Source: Methanobacterium sp. (GTDB taxonomy: Archaea; Methanobacteriota; Methanobacteria; Methanobacteriales; Methanobacteriaceae). Taken from it: a stretch of 27,864 bases of DNA. Shown here one piece after another: positions 9,789 through 20,569 of the stretch (within the stretch, counting starts at the first letter, position 1; the number at the start of each line of letters is the position of its first letter). The DNA is taken from positions 1-27,864 of the forward strand of contig PMWA01000031.1 in assembly GCA_003166335.1 (NCBI GenBank). The letters run 5' to 3'. The notes under the pieces were generated by a model. The model made no database searches. It saw nothing but the letters and a program-made list of their open reading frames with translations, and was not told the DNA's origin. Both the position numbers and the translations under genes were made by a program.

Positions 9789-10982
9789 ATGAGTGAAATA
9801 GTGCCTGACAGGCCTATAATAGTAAGATATGGAGAAATAGGAGTTAAAAGCCCCAAAGTTAGACGTAGATTTGAAAGAAGATTAATATCCAACATTAAAG
9901 TACTCATAGATTGTGAAATAGAATTAACACAGGGCAGGATATTCCTATACCCTAATGATTATGAACAGGCTTTAAAATCATTAGAAAAAATTTTCGGTGT
10001 AGTTTCATTCAGTCCCACCCTATCCACTAAAACAGATCATGATTCCATAAAAAATACTCTAACAAGTTATGTTAAAGAATTAGTAGAACAGAATCTATTT
10101 TTACCAGATAACACTTTCGCTATTAGATGTCGTAGAGTAGGGGAACATGAATTCACTAGCCAGGAAATGGCTGCTTACTGTGGTGCAGTAGTGGTGGAAG
10201 AAACTAATGCACCAGTTAATCTCTCCAACCCCGACTTCCAGATTTACGTGGAAGTCCGGGATGATAAAACATACTTCTTCCATAAAAAGATTCCAGGGTT
10301 AGGTGGCCTACCTATTGGAACTCAAGGAAGAGTAATATCTTTAGTTTCAGGTGGTATAGACTCACCAGTAGCAACTTTTCAAATGATGAAGAGAGGCTGC
10401 GATGTAACTATATTACACTTTAATAATGATCCATATACCAAATGCTCAGGTGGATGTAAGATAATAAAAATTGTTGAAAAACTTAAAGAGTATTCATCAG
10501 GCTCTAAATTAAATTTTTACACTGTTAAATACGGAGATTTCCTGGGAAAATGTTTGGAAGAGGCACCCTCCAGAATGACCTGTGTACTTTGTAAAAGTGG
10601 AATGTATCAGATCGCTGAGAAATTAGCAAGAGAAGAAAAAGCATTGGCCATAGTAGATGGCAGTAGTTTAGGTCAGGTAGCATCTCAAACTTTACCAAAC
10701 ATTCTAGCCACTCGTCACTCCACTAAATTACCCGTTCTAAGCCCATTGATTGGATTGGATAAGGTGGAGATCCAGAAAATTGCTGAGAAAATTGGAACCT
10801 TTGAAATATCTATACTGCCGGAGAGCGACTGCTCCGCTGCTCCGAAACATCCAGAAACTAATGCAGTTCTTGAAAATGTACTTCAGGTTCAAGAGGATAT
10901 TGAGATGAGCCAAGAACTAGAGAATATTTTATCCACACTGGAGGAAATCTCCTTAAAAAATTATTTAAAAGAGGCTGATTGA
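9789..10982 (+). CDS. thiI: tRNA 4-thiouridine synthase ThiI, methanogen Fe-S type without rhodanese domain
   Basis: VRYGEIGVKS, THUMP region, PP-loop SGGIDSPVA, C265xxC268 plus C348, and LGQVASQT. Confidence 0.93.
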   Translation: MSEIVPDRPIIVRYGEIGVKSPKVRRRFERRLISNIKVLIDCEIELTQGRIFLYPNDYEQALKSLEKIFGVVSFSPTLSTKTDHDSIKNTLTSYVKELVEQNLFLPDNTFAIRCRRVGEHEFTSQEMAAYCGAVVVEETNAPVNLSNPDFQIYVEVRDDKTYFFHKKIPGLGGLPIGTQGRVISLVSGGIDSPVATFQMMKRGCDVTILHFNNDPYTKCSGGCKIIKIVEKLKEYSSGSKLNFYTVKYGDFLGKCLEEAPSRMTCVLCKSGMYQIAEKLAREEKALAIVDGSSLGQVASQTLPNILATRHSTKLPVLSPLIGLDKVEIQKIAEKIGTFEISILPESDCSAAPKHPETNAVLENVLQVQEDIEMSQELENILSTLEEISLKNYLKEAD

Positions 10983-11085
10983 ATATTTCGATTCAATAAA
11001 TGAAATATTATATATTCATTAAATCTCTTAATATAATTATAGATTAATTTACTGAATTGACTAAAAAAAGAGGAGAGGATAAAGA

Positions 11086-11913
11086 ATGGAAATATTTTCC
11101 AAAGTATCTGAAAAAGATGTAACAAAAGCCATAGTTTCTGAATTTGCTGATGAATTCCTAGATTATATAGAAAGTGACGTGATAATAGTAGGAGCAGGTC
11201 CAAGCGGTCTTTTCGCAGCTAAAAGACTAGCAGAAAAAGGTGTAAAAACATTATTAATTGAAAGTAACAACTATTTAGGCGGGGGTTTCTGGATAGGTGG
11301 ATATCTAATGAATAAGTTAACCGTGAGGGAACCTGGACAGAAAATATTAGATGAAATCGGTGCCCCATACAAAAAATTTAAAGAAGGGCTCTACGTTGCT
11401 GACGGACCACATGCATGCTCAAAACTCATAGCTAGTGCCTGTGATGCCGGAGTGAAAATTATAAACATGACTAAGTTTGACGATGTAGTAATGAGAGAAG
11501 ATAAAGTAGGAGGAATAGTTATGAACTGGACACCAGTATCTGCACTACCAAGAGCCATTACCTGTGTCGATCCAGTAGCTATTGAATCCAAACTAGTGAT
11601 AGATGCAACAGGCCATGATGCAGTAGTTGTAAAATCACTGGAAAAAAGAGGACTTGTAAATACAGCAGGTTTCCAAGGCATGTGGGTTGAAAAAGCAGAG
11701 GATGCCGTAGTTGAAAATACTCAAGAAGTTTATCCAGGAGTCATAGTGACGGGAATGGCCGTAGCCACCACATACGGAAATCCTAGAATGGGCCCTACCT
11801 TCGGCGGAATGCTTCTATCAGGAGAAAAAGCTGCAGAAATAGTTTTGAATAAATTAAAATCTGACATAAGCATTAAAAAATCAGAAGCAGCAAAAATTAA
11901 CGGTTCAAAATAA
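11086..11913 (+). CDS. thi4: Thiazole synthase Thi4 (Cys-containing type)
   Basis: [28 protein letters not shown] and [14 protein letters not shown]. Confidence 0.93.
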   Translation: MEIFSKVSEKDVTKAIVSEFADEFLDYIESDVIIVGAGPSGLFAAKRLAEKGVKTLLIESNNYLGGGFWIGGYLMNKLTVREPGQKILDEIGAPYKKFKEGLYVADGPHACSKLIASACDAGVKIINMTKFDDVVMREDKVGGIVMNWTPVSALPRAITCVDPVAIESKLVIDATGHDAVVVKSLEKRGLVNTAGFQGMWVEKAEDAVVENTQEVYPGVIVTGMAVATTYGNPRMGPTFGGMLLSGEKAAEIVLNKLKSDISIKKSEAAKINGSK

Positions 11914-11938
11914 AAAAAATGGAGTCAATATTCTTTCC

Positions 11939-12388
11939 ATGAATCCATCTAAAGTAATAGCTGTATGCATCAGCCAAGAAAAACACACCAAGAAGAAAAA
12001 CATAGGAAAAGGTGTTTTAAGGGAAAACTATGGGATAATAGGAGATGCCCACAGTGATAGTAGTACACATCGACAAATAAGTCTTTTAGCGATAGAGAGC
12101 ATTGAAAAAATGCGTGAACTTTCTTTAAACGTGCATCCTGGAGATTTTGCTGAAAACATAACCACAGAGGGCATTGATCTCGTATCCCTCCCTCTGGATA
12201 CTAAAATATTGATAGGTGAAACAATACTGCAGGTGACTCAAATTGGTAAGGAATGCCATAATCCCTGTGCAATCGGACAACAGGTGGGTGATTGCATAAT
12301 GCCTCGTGAGGGTATATTTGCCAGAGTTATAAATGGTGGAAAAATTAAAATTGGAGATGAAATACGGTTATTAAAGATAGAAATCTGA
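11939..12388 (+). CDS. Stand-alone MOSC-domain protein
   Basis: GIIGDAH, RQISLL, GDFAENITT and QIGKECH...CIMPREGIFARV. Confidence 0.88.
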   Translation: MNPSKVIAVCISQEKHTKKKNIGKGVLRENYGIIGDAHSDSSTHRQISLLAIESIEKMRELSLNVHPGDFAENITTEGIDLVSLPLDTKILIGETILQVTQIGKECHNPCAIGQQVGDCIMPREGIFARVINGGKIKIGDEIRLLKIEI

Positions 12389-12613
12389 AAATATCATTTT
12401 ATTAATGGTTTATACCTAAATTTGAATTATTCATCTTTTGTCTTTATCAATATTTTTAAAACCTAAAATATTTTTTTTTATTTTAAAGTTAAAACCAATT
12501 AAATTTTGTTAAAAATAAATTCGATTAAAAAAAAAAATAGAACTAAATTAGAAAAAATTTGGAGCATAAAAAAATAGAATGAGATAAGAGTTCATTCACG
12601 GAGATAGATTAAA

Positions 12614-13495
12614 ATGTTACATGGAACTGAAGTTTTAAAGAAAGGATTTGCAAAGATGACTAAAGGCGGAGTAATAATGGACGTCGTAAATGCTGAACAA
12701 GCTGTAATCGCTGAAGAATCAGGTGCAGTATCAGTGATGGCTCTTGAAAAAGTTCCCGCAGATATAAGGGCAGCTGGTGGAGTTGCTCGAATGGCTGATC
12801 CCGCCAAAGTAACGGAAATAATAGAAGCAGTATCCATACCGGTCATGGCTAAAGTAAGAATAGGCCATTTTGTGGAGGCTCAAGTTTTAGAGACCTTGGG
12901 AGTGGATATGATCGACGAAAGTGAGGTTTTAACTCCAGCCGATGAAAAATATCATATTGATAAAAAAAGATTCACCATCCCTTTTGTATGCGGTGCCCGG
13001 AATCTAGGGGAAGCTTTACGTAGAATGGATGAAGGTGCAGCTATGATCAGGACCAAAGGAGAAGCTGGAACTGGTAACATAGTTGAAGCAGTTAGACATA
13101 TGAGAATGATAATGGGCGGCATAAGAGAACTCCGCAATAAGGATGAAGAAGAATTATGGGGTGTGGCCAGGGAAATAGAAGCTACACTTGAATTAGTAAG
13201 AGAAACAGCTAAACTTGGAAAACTGCCAGTAGTGAACTTCGCTGCTGGTGGTGTGGCTACCCCGGCAGATGCTGCTCTTATGATGCAGTTAGGAGCAGAT
13301 GGAGTGTTCGTTGGAAGTGGAATATTCAAATCAGAATATCCGGAATTAGTAGCTAAAGCCATAGTAGAAGCCACACATCATTACAACGATGCAGAAATAA
13401 TTGCAGAAGTCAGCCGCGATTTAGGGAAGGCCATGCCCGGACTTGAAATGAGTGAAATACCTGAAAATGAAAAACTACAAACCAGAGGTTGGTAG
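12614..13495 (+). CDS. pdxS: Pyridoxal 5'-phosphate synthase subunit PdxS
   Basis: [44 protein letters not shown] and C-terminal RGW. Confidence 0.96.
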   Translation: MLHGTEVLKKGFAKMTKGGVIMDVVNAEQAVIAEESGAVSVMALEKVPADIRAAGGVARMADPAKVTEIIEAVSIPVMAKVRIGHFVEAQVLETLGVDMIDESEVLTPADEKYHIDKKRFTIPFVCGARNLGEALRRMDEGAAMIRTKGEAGTGNIVEAVRHMRMIMGGIRELRNKDEEELWGVAREIEATLELVRETAKLGKLPVVNFAAGGVATPADAALMMQLGADGVFVGSGIFKSEYPELVAKAIVEATHHYNDAEIIAEVSRDLGKAMPGLEMSEIPENEKLQTRGW

Positions 13496-13526
13496 TAGAT
13501 AAAAAAAATTAGAATAAGTTTAAAAT

Positions 13527-13553
13527 GGGTTTTTATTAACCCCAATTTTTTTT
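13527..13553. terminator. Putative terminator between convergent pdxS and aldo/keto reductase
   Basis: GGGTT-N6-AACCC hairpin followed by a T-run. An A-run at 13501-13508 provides a T-run on the minus strand. Confidence 0.45.
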
Positions 13554-13588
13554 ATTTATTTCATTTTATACTTTTTTAAATTAATTAT

Positions 13589-14743
13589 TCATTTTTCGAA
13601 AATATCGGCAGTTTCTTTAAGATATTTTTTTATGGAAATACTTTGTGTGCATTTTTCTTCACACTCACCACATTCATTACAGTACGCTGCACTCATTCCA
13701 CGGGCTGAAAGATGAAAATAATTCCCGGAAGGTTTATCCAAGTTATTATAAATATAAACATCGTTTAAAAGACTTAAGTTCAATGGAATATTAACACCAG
13801 CTGGGCAGGGCATGCAATAATTGCAATTAGTACAGTCAACATGAATTCTAGCATTGAAAGTTTCTCTCACCTTCTCGATCAGATCCTTCTCAGCTTTCGT
13901 TAAACTTTGCGGATAACCCTCTTCTGCGATTTTAATATTCTCCCGTACCTGTTCCATAGTACTCATACCACTTAAAACTAGGTTAATATTAGATTGATCC
14001 CATAGGAAACGTAAACCCCATCCTGCAAGAGTTCTTTTAACCTTAGATTCATCCCATAATTTTTGAATGTCTTCTGGGATGTTCTTGGTCAAACAACCTC
14101 CCCTAAGGGGCTCCATGATTATGGTGCCTAATCCCTTTTTTGCTGCATATTCTAAACCGGCCCTTCCAGCTTGGAAATTCCGATCCATATAATTGTACTG
14201 AATTTGAGAAAAACTCCAATTATAGGAATTTACAACTTCCTTAAAAAATTCAAATTCATCATGAAATGAGAAACCTGCATATCCTATTCTACCATCTTCA
14301 ATGGCTGAATCCAGAAACTCGAAAACATCAAAGTTTATTAAATGTTCCCAAAAATGCCGATGAAGACCATGCAGAAGATAAAAATCTATCCTGTCCGTTT
14401 GAAGCCGCTGGAGCTGTTCATTCAGGTAACGGTTCATATCTTCACTCTTTTGAATAAGCCAGATAGGTAGTTTAGTAGCCAAATACACCTGCTCCCTGTA
14501 ACCTTCCTTTAAGGCATTTCCAACTAAGATTTCACTCATACCACCCTCGGTTGGAGATGAAGCATGATAAGGATAGGCTGTATCTATATAATTAATACCA
14601 TGATCAATGGCATAATGTATCATTTCAGTTGCTAGGGGTTTATTTATATGATCCGATCTCTCACCAATTGTAGGGAGGCGCATACAACCAAAACCCAGTA
14701 TTGAAACTTTTTGACCTGTTTTTCCAAGTTCTCTAAAAAGCAA
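13589..14743 (-). CDS. Aldo/keto reductase with C-terminal Fe-S ferredoxin-like domain
   Basis: LGFGCMRLP, DTAYPY, ATK, LLH and GFSFHD. C-terminal CTNCNYCMPCP and CNECGECEEKC. TTG start after AGGAG. Confidence 0.9.
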   Translation of the reverse strand: MLFRELGKTGQKVSILGFGCMRLPTIGERSDHINKPLATEMIHYAIDHGINYIDTAYPYHASSPTEGGMSEILVGNALKEGYREQVYLATKLPIWLIQKSEDMNRYLNEQLQRLQTDRIDFYLLHGLHRHFWEHLINFDVFEFLDSAIEDGRIGYAGFSFHDEFEFFKEVVNSYNWSFSQIQYNYMDRNFQAGRAGLEYAAKKGLGTIIMEPLRGGCLTKNIPEDIQKLWDESKVKRTLAGWGLRFLWDQSNINLVLSGMSTMEQVRENIKIAEEGYPQSLTKAEKDLIEKVRETFNARIHVDCTNCNYCMPCPAGVNIPLNLSLLNDVYIYNNLDKPSGNYFHLSARGMSAAYCNECGECEEKCTQSISIKKYLKETADIFEK

Positions 14744-14962
14744 TATATACTTCTCCTGTTTTATTTTGTAGAAATTTTAATGAACTAAACTTATAAATAT
14801 ATGGTATTATGATTTAATTTCAATAGAATTTGTTGAGAATAACTATTAAAAAAAACTAATATTTAGATTAGTATATTAAATTATTCCAATATATCTTAAT
14901 ATCGTGTTATTACATCCATAATCTTCATTAAATCTGATGAAATAATTTTTTTGGTGAAACTT

Positions 14963-15604
14963 ATGTTAAGGGATCTTTTGATAGATGGGAATTTATTTGG
15001 GAATATCCAGAAGAAAATTTTAGAAGCTGAAGATTGGAATGATAATGCTAAATCAGAAACAAATATCCTTGAGAAAAATGTTTTGAAACTTCTAAGAAAG
15101 AAAAGATCATTGAAAAAATATAAGAAAATGGGTGTTACTAGGACTGATCTTAAGGAATTAATAGAATTAGCGGAAATAACTAATTTAGAGCTTTTTCAAG
15201 GTCCTTCAAATTCTGAATTATCATCATTACATCCAGAGTGGTGCAATAATTGCGGTAGATGCTGTAGTGAATCATCACCAATATTCATTCATAAAGATGA
15301 ATTAAACCTATTAATTATGTTCAATCCAAAACTAGAAACAGAAATTATAACTAATGAATATTATCCAGAGCATTTCAGGTTTAGAGAGGATAAACCTTGT
15401 AAATTCCTTGATATTGAAGCGAAAAGATGCAAGATATATGATAGTAGACCCCAAGTGTGTCGGTATTATCCTCTTATGATGATTGGAAGTGAAGATAAAG
15501 CCCGTAATATCATTAATCTGCGTTATAATTGTAATTATGCTACTCGATTAATTTTAGAGAAGTCAATAATACTTTTCGATGAAGCAGTAAAACGACTAAA
15601 ATAA
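14963..15604 (+). CDS. YkgJ/UPF0153-family Cys-cluster (CxxCxxCC) protein
   Basis: CNNCGRCC...CKFL...CKIYDSRPQVCRYYP. GGTGA RBS at 14953-14957 favours ATG 14963. Confidence 0.85.
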   Translation: MLRDLLIDGNLFGNIQKKILEAEDWNDNAKSETNILEKNVLKLLRKKRSLKKYKKMGVTRTDLKELIELAEITNLELFQGPSNSELSSLHPEWCNNCGRCCSESSPIFIHKDELNLLIMFNPKLETEIITNEYYPEHFRFREDKPCKFLDIEAKRCKIYDSRPQVCRYYPLMMIGSEDKARNIINLRYNCNYATRLILEKSIILFDEAVKRLK

Positions 15605-15704
15605 AAAAAATTAACAATTTAATGGACTGAAAATAAACTTTTGCAGTGATCCCTCAAAAAAAAATAATAATTAAAAATTTAAGAAAAAATTATATCAAAT
15701 TTTA

Positions 15705-16082
15705 TTACTCTTTCTCTGCAATTTTCTTCTTATAATCGTCTATAGCAGCTTTCAGAGCATCTGCAGCTAAATTAGAGCAATGCATCTTAACTGGAGGCAA
15801 TCCTTCTAATTCATCCGCAACATCATTTCTGCTGATTTTCAATGCTTCTTCAAGGGTTTTACCCATAGCCATCTCCGTTACCATACTACTAGTTGCTATT
15901 GCTGCTCCGCAACCAAAAGTTTTAAATTTAATGTCTTCAATGATATTATCCTTAACTTTTATATAGATAGTCATAAGATCTCCGCAGACAGGGTTTCCAA
16001 CGGTTCCAACACCATCTGCATCTTCTATTTCACCCACATTCCGGGGATTTGAAAAATGTTCCATTACTTTTTCGCTGTACAT
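15705..16082 (-). CDS. iscU: Fe-S cluster scaffold IscU/NifU-N
   Basis: MYSEKVMEHFSNPRNVG, GNPVCGD, FGCGAAIA and PPVKMHCS. Start corrected to ATG 16082, just after the iscS stop. Confidence 0.95.
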   Translation of the reverse strand: MYSEKVMEHFSNPRNVGEIEDADGVGTVGNPVCGDLMTIYIKVKDNIIEDIKFKTFGCGAAIATSSMVTEMAMGKTLEEALKISRNDVADELEGLPPVKMHCSNLAADALKAAIDDYKKKIAEKE

Positions 16083-16087
16083 GTTTA

Positions 16088-17251
16088 TCAAACCTTTGCC
16101 TGACACCATAATGGAGACATTTTCCTTAAAGTGTCAACAGCATTTTTTATTGATTCTATTACATAATCTGTATCTTCAACTTTATTTTCTTTTCCCAAAG
16201 TTAATCGTAGTGATCCATGTGCCTGTACTTCCTCTAGTCCCAGAGCCATTAAAACATGAGATGCTTCTAATTTCTTAGATGAGCATGCAGAACCAGTTGA
16301 GGAAGCTATATTCTTAGAGTCAAGATGTAAAACTAATGATTCTCCTTCAATACCGGTGAATCTGAAGTTAATGTTATTAGGCAGTCTTTTGGTTGGATGT
16401 CCATTGAGATAAGATTCATCAATCTCAGAAAGCACCCTTCTTATTAACTCATCCCGCATAGTGGTTAAATATTGGGCTTCTTCCTCAAGAGTTTTCTCTG
16501 CTATTTCACATGCTTTTCCTAAACCTACAATACCGGCCACGTTTTCTGTACCCGGTCTAATACCCTTTTCATGTCCACCGCCATGAATTATGGGTTCTAA
16601 TCTAACACCTTTTTTAATATACAAAGCTCCAACACCTTTAGGTCCATAAAGCTTATGAGCGGAGAGGGATAACATATCCACGTTTAGTTCTTCTACATTC
16701 ACTGGTATTTTACCAACGCTTTGCACGGCATCTGTGTGGAAGTAAATTTTATTTTCACGGGCAATTTCACCTAATTCACTAATAGGTTGAATTGTACCAA
16801 TTTCATTGTTAGCATGCATAACAGTAATTAAGATGGTTTTATCAGTAATTGCATCTTCCAGATCGGATGAATTAACAATTCCATCCTTTTCTACTGGTAG
16901 ATAGGTAACTTCAAATCCGTTTTTCTCCAGATATTTACACGTTTCATCAACCGCTGGATGTTCAATGTTACTGGTGATTATGTGGTTTCCTCTTCTTTTA
17001 AATCTGTATGCAATGCCTTTAATTGCTATGTTATCGGATTCAGTACCTCCGCTAGTGAATATAATTTCATCAGTGTTTGCACCTATGATGGATGCTACTT
17101 TTTCTCTGCTGGATTCCATAGCTCTTCTGGCATCTCTACCTAGAGAATACAGCGTAGAGGCGTTTCCATAGGATTTCACGAAGTAGGGTTCCATAGCATT
17201 TAGTACTTCCCTGTCTACGGGTGATGTTGCCGAATGATCCATATAAATCAT
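16088..17251 (-). CDS. iscS: Cysteine desulfurase IscS/NifS, group I, with catalytic motifs intact
   Basis: SGGTESDN, IEH98, DAVQ177, SAHK200LYGPKG, RPGTEN and STGSAC323SS. Adjacent to iscU. Confidence 0.95.
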   Translation of the reverse strand: MIYMDHSATSPVDREVLNAMEPYFVKSYGNASTLYSLGRDARRAMESSREKVASIIGANTDEIIFTSGGTESDNIAIKGIAYRFKRRGNHIITSNIEHPAVDETCKYLEKNGFEVTYLPVEKDGIVNSSDLEDAITDKTILITVMHANNEIGTIQPISELGEIARENKIYFHTDAVQSVGKIPVNVEELNVDMLSLSAHKLYGPKGVGALYIKKGVRLEPIIHGGGHEKGIRPGTENVAGIVGLGKACEIAEKTLEEEAQYLTTMRDELIRRVLSEIDESYLNGHPTKRLPNNINFRFTGIEGESLVLHLDSKNIASSTGSACSSKKLEASHVLMALGLEEVQAHGSLRLTLGKENKVEDTDYVIESIKNAVDTLRKMSPLWCQAKV

Positions 17252-17408
17252 ATTTTTTACCTCACATTTTGTTTTTGTGAATTCATAAAGATAAATCTTA
17301 ACACATTTGTTAAAGATAACTTTTCATCGAAATTTAAGAAATAAAGAAATGAATTGATATAATGAATAATTATATTTCAATGAGTTACTTTGTTAAATAA
17401 AATTTCCA

Positions 17409-18881
17409 TTATTTGCTCCCAGCAATTAAGGTGCTTATATGATCAGTAGTGATGATACCAATAACTCTGCCCGTATCATCCACTACGGGAAGGGATGATA
17501 TATTATATTTCCTCATTTTTTGGGCAGAAGACTCTATAGAGTCATCTGGAAGCGCCATGATAACATCCTTGGTCATTATATCTTCTAATTTATCATATTT
17601 AAGAGCCACAGCTTTTGATATGTCCCATGCAGTAACGATACCTATAAGTTTATCTTCCATATTAACTACAGGAATATGGGTAATTTTATCTCTTATCATG
17701 GATTTAGCTGCTTCTTCAATGCTGGTGTTTTTACTAATCTTAGCTACCATATGACTCATCACATCTCTTACTAGGATATCTGACAAGAAATTTTCGATAA
17801 CGTAATTAAGTTGTCCTCCTTCAATTAGAAAAGCATCATGACCATAACTGGATTTCAACTCATAATAAATAACATCTACCTCATTAGCAGTTAAAGCCAT
17901 TAAAATTTCTTTTGATTGTGAAGGGGGATAAAGCCAATCAGAGTCGATTGATATAACTAAAATTTTAGATTTAACATTCTTTAAACCATCTGCTAATGAG
18001 CCATCCACTGTTAAATCAAAATAATCAATGGCTTTAGTTATGTAAAGATATGTGTTAGCATCGAATCTTTTAGTGAAGGAGTTACCTTGATAATGAAGAT
18101 AACTCTCCACTTGAAAATCAGTGGAAAATTCGAAACCATATTCATCCTTATCCTGGAGTCTTCGACCGAATTTCTGATACATGGATTCATTGCTGAGATA
18201 AGTGATATGAGCAATCATACGGGCTAGGGCCAGACCATTATCTGGAAATTGAAGAGAATAATATTCACCATGATTCCAATTTGGATCAGATATAATAGCT
18301 CTTCTACCCACCTCATTAAAGGCTATCTGTTGTGGAGAGGAGTAGGCTGCTGTAGCTATAGGTATAGCCATTCTTACCATGTCTGGATAGGATATGCACC
18401 ATTGAAGAATTTGCATACCACCCATAGATCCTCCTATAACCGCAAATAATTGCTTAATGCCCAAATAGTCGATTAATTTTTTCTGAGCATTTATCATATC
18501 TTTAATAGTTATAATTGGAAAATCCAAGCCATAAGGTTTCCCAGTTTTAGGATTTAGGGATGAAGGACCGGTAGATCCTTTACAACCTCCGATAACATTA
18601 GAACATATGATAAAGTATTTATCAGTGTCCAGGCATCTACCAGGACCAATTATGATATCCCACCAACCAGGTTTTGAATCACCTTCATGCCATCCAGCTG
18701 CATGTGCATCGCCTGAAAGGGCGTGGCAGACCATTATAGCGTTACTTTTCTCCTTATTCAATTTACCATAAGTTTCATACGCTATGGTAATGTTTTCCAA
18801 CCTTTCTCCTCCCTCTAAAACCAGATCATCGGAGGGTTTATAGTACTGCGTTGCTATAATTCCTACAGATTCCTTTCCCAT
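17409..18881 (-). CDS. metX: Homoserine O-acyltransferase MetX fused to a C-terminal CBS pair
   Basis: HALSGD, GGSMGG nucleophile elbow, SDWLY and GHDAF. Two CBS repeats in the last ~120 aa. ATG 18881 preferred over TTG 18893. Confidence 0.92.
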   Translation of the reverse strand: MGKESVGIIATQYYKPSDDLVLEGGERLENITIAYETYGKLNKEKSNAIMVCHALSGDAHAAGWHEGDSKPGWWDIIIGPGRCLDTDKYFIICSNVIGGCKGSTGPSSLNPKTGKPYGLDFPIITIKDMINAQKKLIDYLGIKQLFAVIGGSMGGMQILQWCISYPDMVRMAIPIATAAYSSPQQIAFNEVGRRAIISDPNWNHGEYYSLQFPDNGLALARMIAHITYLSNESMYQKFGRRLQDKDEYGFEFSTDFQVESYLHYQGNSFTKRFDANTYLYITKAIDYFDLTVDGSLADGLKNVKSKILVISIDSDWLYPPSQSKEILMALTANEVDVIYYELKSSYGHDAFLIEGGQLNYVIENFLSDILVRDVMSHMVAKISKNTSIEEAAKSMIRDKITHIPVVNMEDKLIGIVTAWDISKAVALKYDKLEDIMTKDVIMALPDDSIESSAQKMRKYNISSLPVVDDTGRVIGIITTDHISTLIAGSK

Positions 18882-19003
18882 CTTACATCCCAAGATTACC
18901 GTTAGTTATAACTAAAATTCTATTATTCATATATTTTTTTATCATCTCCCGCTTAATAAAAACCTTTTGAAAACATTTCACTTAGTAGATGAATCTTTTT
19001 ACT

Positions 19004-20320
19004 TTACACGTTTATTTTGGAAAGTGATTGATCAATATCTGCGATAATATCTTCCACATTTTCTAGTCCAATGGACAATCGGATAAAGTCCTGAGTTACT
19101 CCGGTGGTTTCCTGCTCTTCTGGAGTTAATTGCTGATGTGTAGTGGATGCAGGATGTATAACTAAACTTTTAGCATCTCCAATATTAGCCAAGTGAGAGA
19201 GAAGCTCCACATTTTCAATGAATTGTTTTCCAGCTTCTAATCCGCCTTTAATACCAAATCCTATAAGAGCACCATAACCACCTTTCAAGTATTTAGAAGC
19301 TACTTCATGGGATGAGTCATCTTCTAATCCTGGATAGTTAATCCAATTTACTTTAGGGTGTTCCTTCAAGAATTTTGCAACTTCAAAAGCATTTTCTGAG
19401 TGTTTCTTCACCCTTATATCCAGGGTTTCCAATCCTTGCAGGAATAAGAATCCGTTGAAAGGACTTAAAGCTGCTCCTATATCACGTAAAAGTCTTACTC
19501 TTGCCCTGATGGTGAAGGCTATGTTTCCAAGTCCCGGGAAATCACCAAAGGTTTCCCAGTATTTCAGACCATGGTAACTTGGATCCGGTTCAGTGTATTG
19601 TGGGAATTTACCATTGCCCCAATTAAATTTACCTGAATCAACTATTACTCCACCAATTGAGGTTCCATGCCCTCCTATAAATTTTGTGGCTGAATTTGCT
19701 AGTATGTCTGCTCCAAGTTCCAGAGGCTTTACTAAACCAACTCCTGAGGTGTTGTCAACCACAAATGGTATATCATTTTCGTGAGCAATTTCTGCAATAC
19801 CCTCATAATCAGGCACATCTAACTTTGGATTACCTATTGATTCGGCAAAAATTGCTTTTGTTTTATCTGTGACTGCATTTTCAATCTCTTTCAGATTAGT
19901 TGATTCAACAAAGTTAACTTTTCTACCTAGTTCTGGAAATGTGTAGTTAAAAAGCTGATATGTACCACCATAGAGGTTGTTTGCTGCTAATATTTCATCA
20001 CCAGGTAAACTAAGGTTTAGAAGCGAGTAAGTAGTGGCTGCCTGTCCAGATGCTACGGCTAATGCCGAAGTACCGCCTTCTATAGCTGCTATTCTTCTTT
20101 CGAAGATGTCGTTGGTGGGGTTCATTATACGTGTGTATATGTTACCAAATTCTTTCAATGCGAAAAGGTTTGCTGCGTGGTCTGTGTCTTTAAATACGTA
20201 GGATGATGTTTGATAAATGGGTACTGCCCTAGATCCAGTTGCTGGATCAGGTTCTTCCTGCCCGACATGTAATCCTAAAGTAGCTAATCCATATTCTCTC
20301 TTTTTTTCTTCTTCGGTCAT
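19004..20320 (-). CDS. metY: O-acetylhomoserine aminocarboxypropyltransferase/sulfhydrylase MetY
   Basis: [36 protein letters not shown] and [21 protein letters not shown]. Upstream of metX. Confidence 0.94.
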   Translation of the reverse strand: MTEEEKKREYGLATLGLHVGQEEPDPATGSRAVPIYQTSSYVFKDTDHAANLFALKEFGNIYTRIMNPTNDIFERRIAAIEGGTSALAVASGQAATTYSLLNLSLPGDEILAANNLYGGTYQLFNYTFPELGRKVNFVESTNLKEIENAVTDKTKAIFAESIGNPKLDVPDYEGIAEIAHENDIPFVVDNTSGVGLVKPLELGADILANSATKFIGGHGTSIGGVIVDSGKFNWGNGKFPQYTEPDPSYHGLKYWETFGDFPGLGNIAFTIRARVRLLRDIGAALSPFNGFLFLQGLETLDIRVKKHSENAFEVAKFLKEHPKVNWINYPGLEDDSSHEVASKYLKGGYGALIGFGIKGGLEAGKQFIENVELLSHLANIGDAKSLVIHPASTTHQQLTPEEQETTGVTQDFIRLSIGLENVEDIIADIDQSLSKINV

Positions 20321-20526
20321 TTTTATATCTCCTTTTATTGTTATATTTTCCTTTTGTGGGTTTAATTCCTTATTTTGGATTTTAACAGTTAAAAAGATAA
20401 TTTATCTTTTATTAAAGTATATAAATCTTATTTCTTATGTACGATTAATTTTAAATTTACTGCAGATTTTTTTCATTGTAGAGTGAATTATTAGGCAATA
20501 TTATATGAAAATAACCACATTAGGAA

Positions 20527-20546
20527 AATATAACAATTGTTATATT
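20527..20546. promoter_or_regulatory. Palindromic sulfur-gene operator, copy 3 (upstream of metY-metX)
   Basis: Perfect 20-bp palindrome AATATAACAATTGTTATATT. Confidence 0.8.
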
Positions 20547-20553
20547 ATTATAT

Positions 20554-20569
20554 TATTTAAATTTTACCC
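20554..20569 (-). promoter_or_regulatory. Putative BRE-TATA promoter for metY (distal)
   Basis: Minus strand reads GGGTAAAA-TTTAAATA, ending 7 nt before operator copy 3. Confidence 0.5.

Noticed and set aside
12500..12511. TAAATTTTGTTA upstream of pdxS as a seventh sulfur box
   Set aside because: It lacks the invariant C and the central AT in very AT-rich DNA, so it is indistinguishable from chance.
12614..13495. pdxS without an adjacent pdxT
   Set aside because: The two genes are often unlinked in archaea, so absence from the window says nothing about the genome.
14838..15619. Half-sites AATAACTATT (~14838) and TTAACAATT (~15611)
   Set aside because: Neither has a GTTA arm, and the second lies between convergent genes.
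15705..16109. Longer IscU start (MVSGKG...) given in the ORF track
   Set aside because: It overlaps the iscS 3' end. The family-typical N-terminus MYSEKV starts at ATG 16082.
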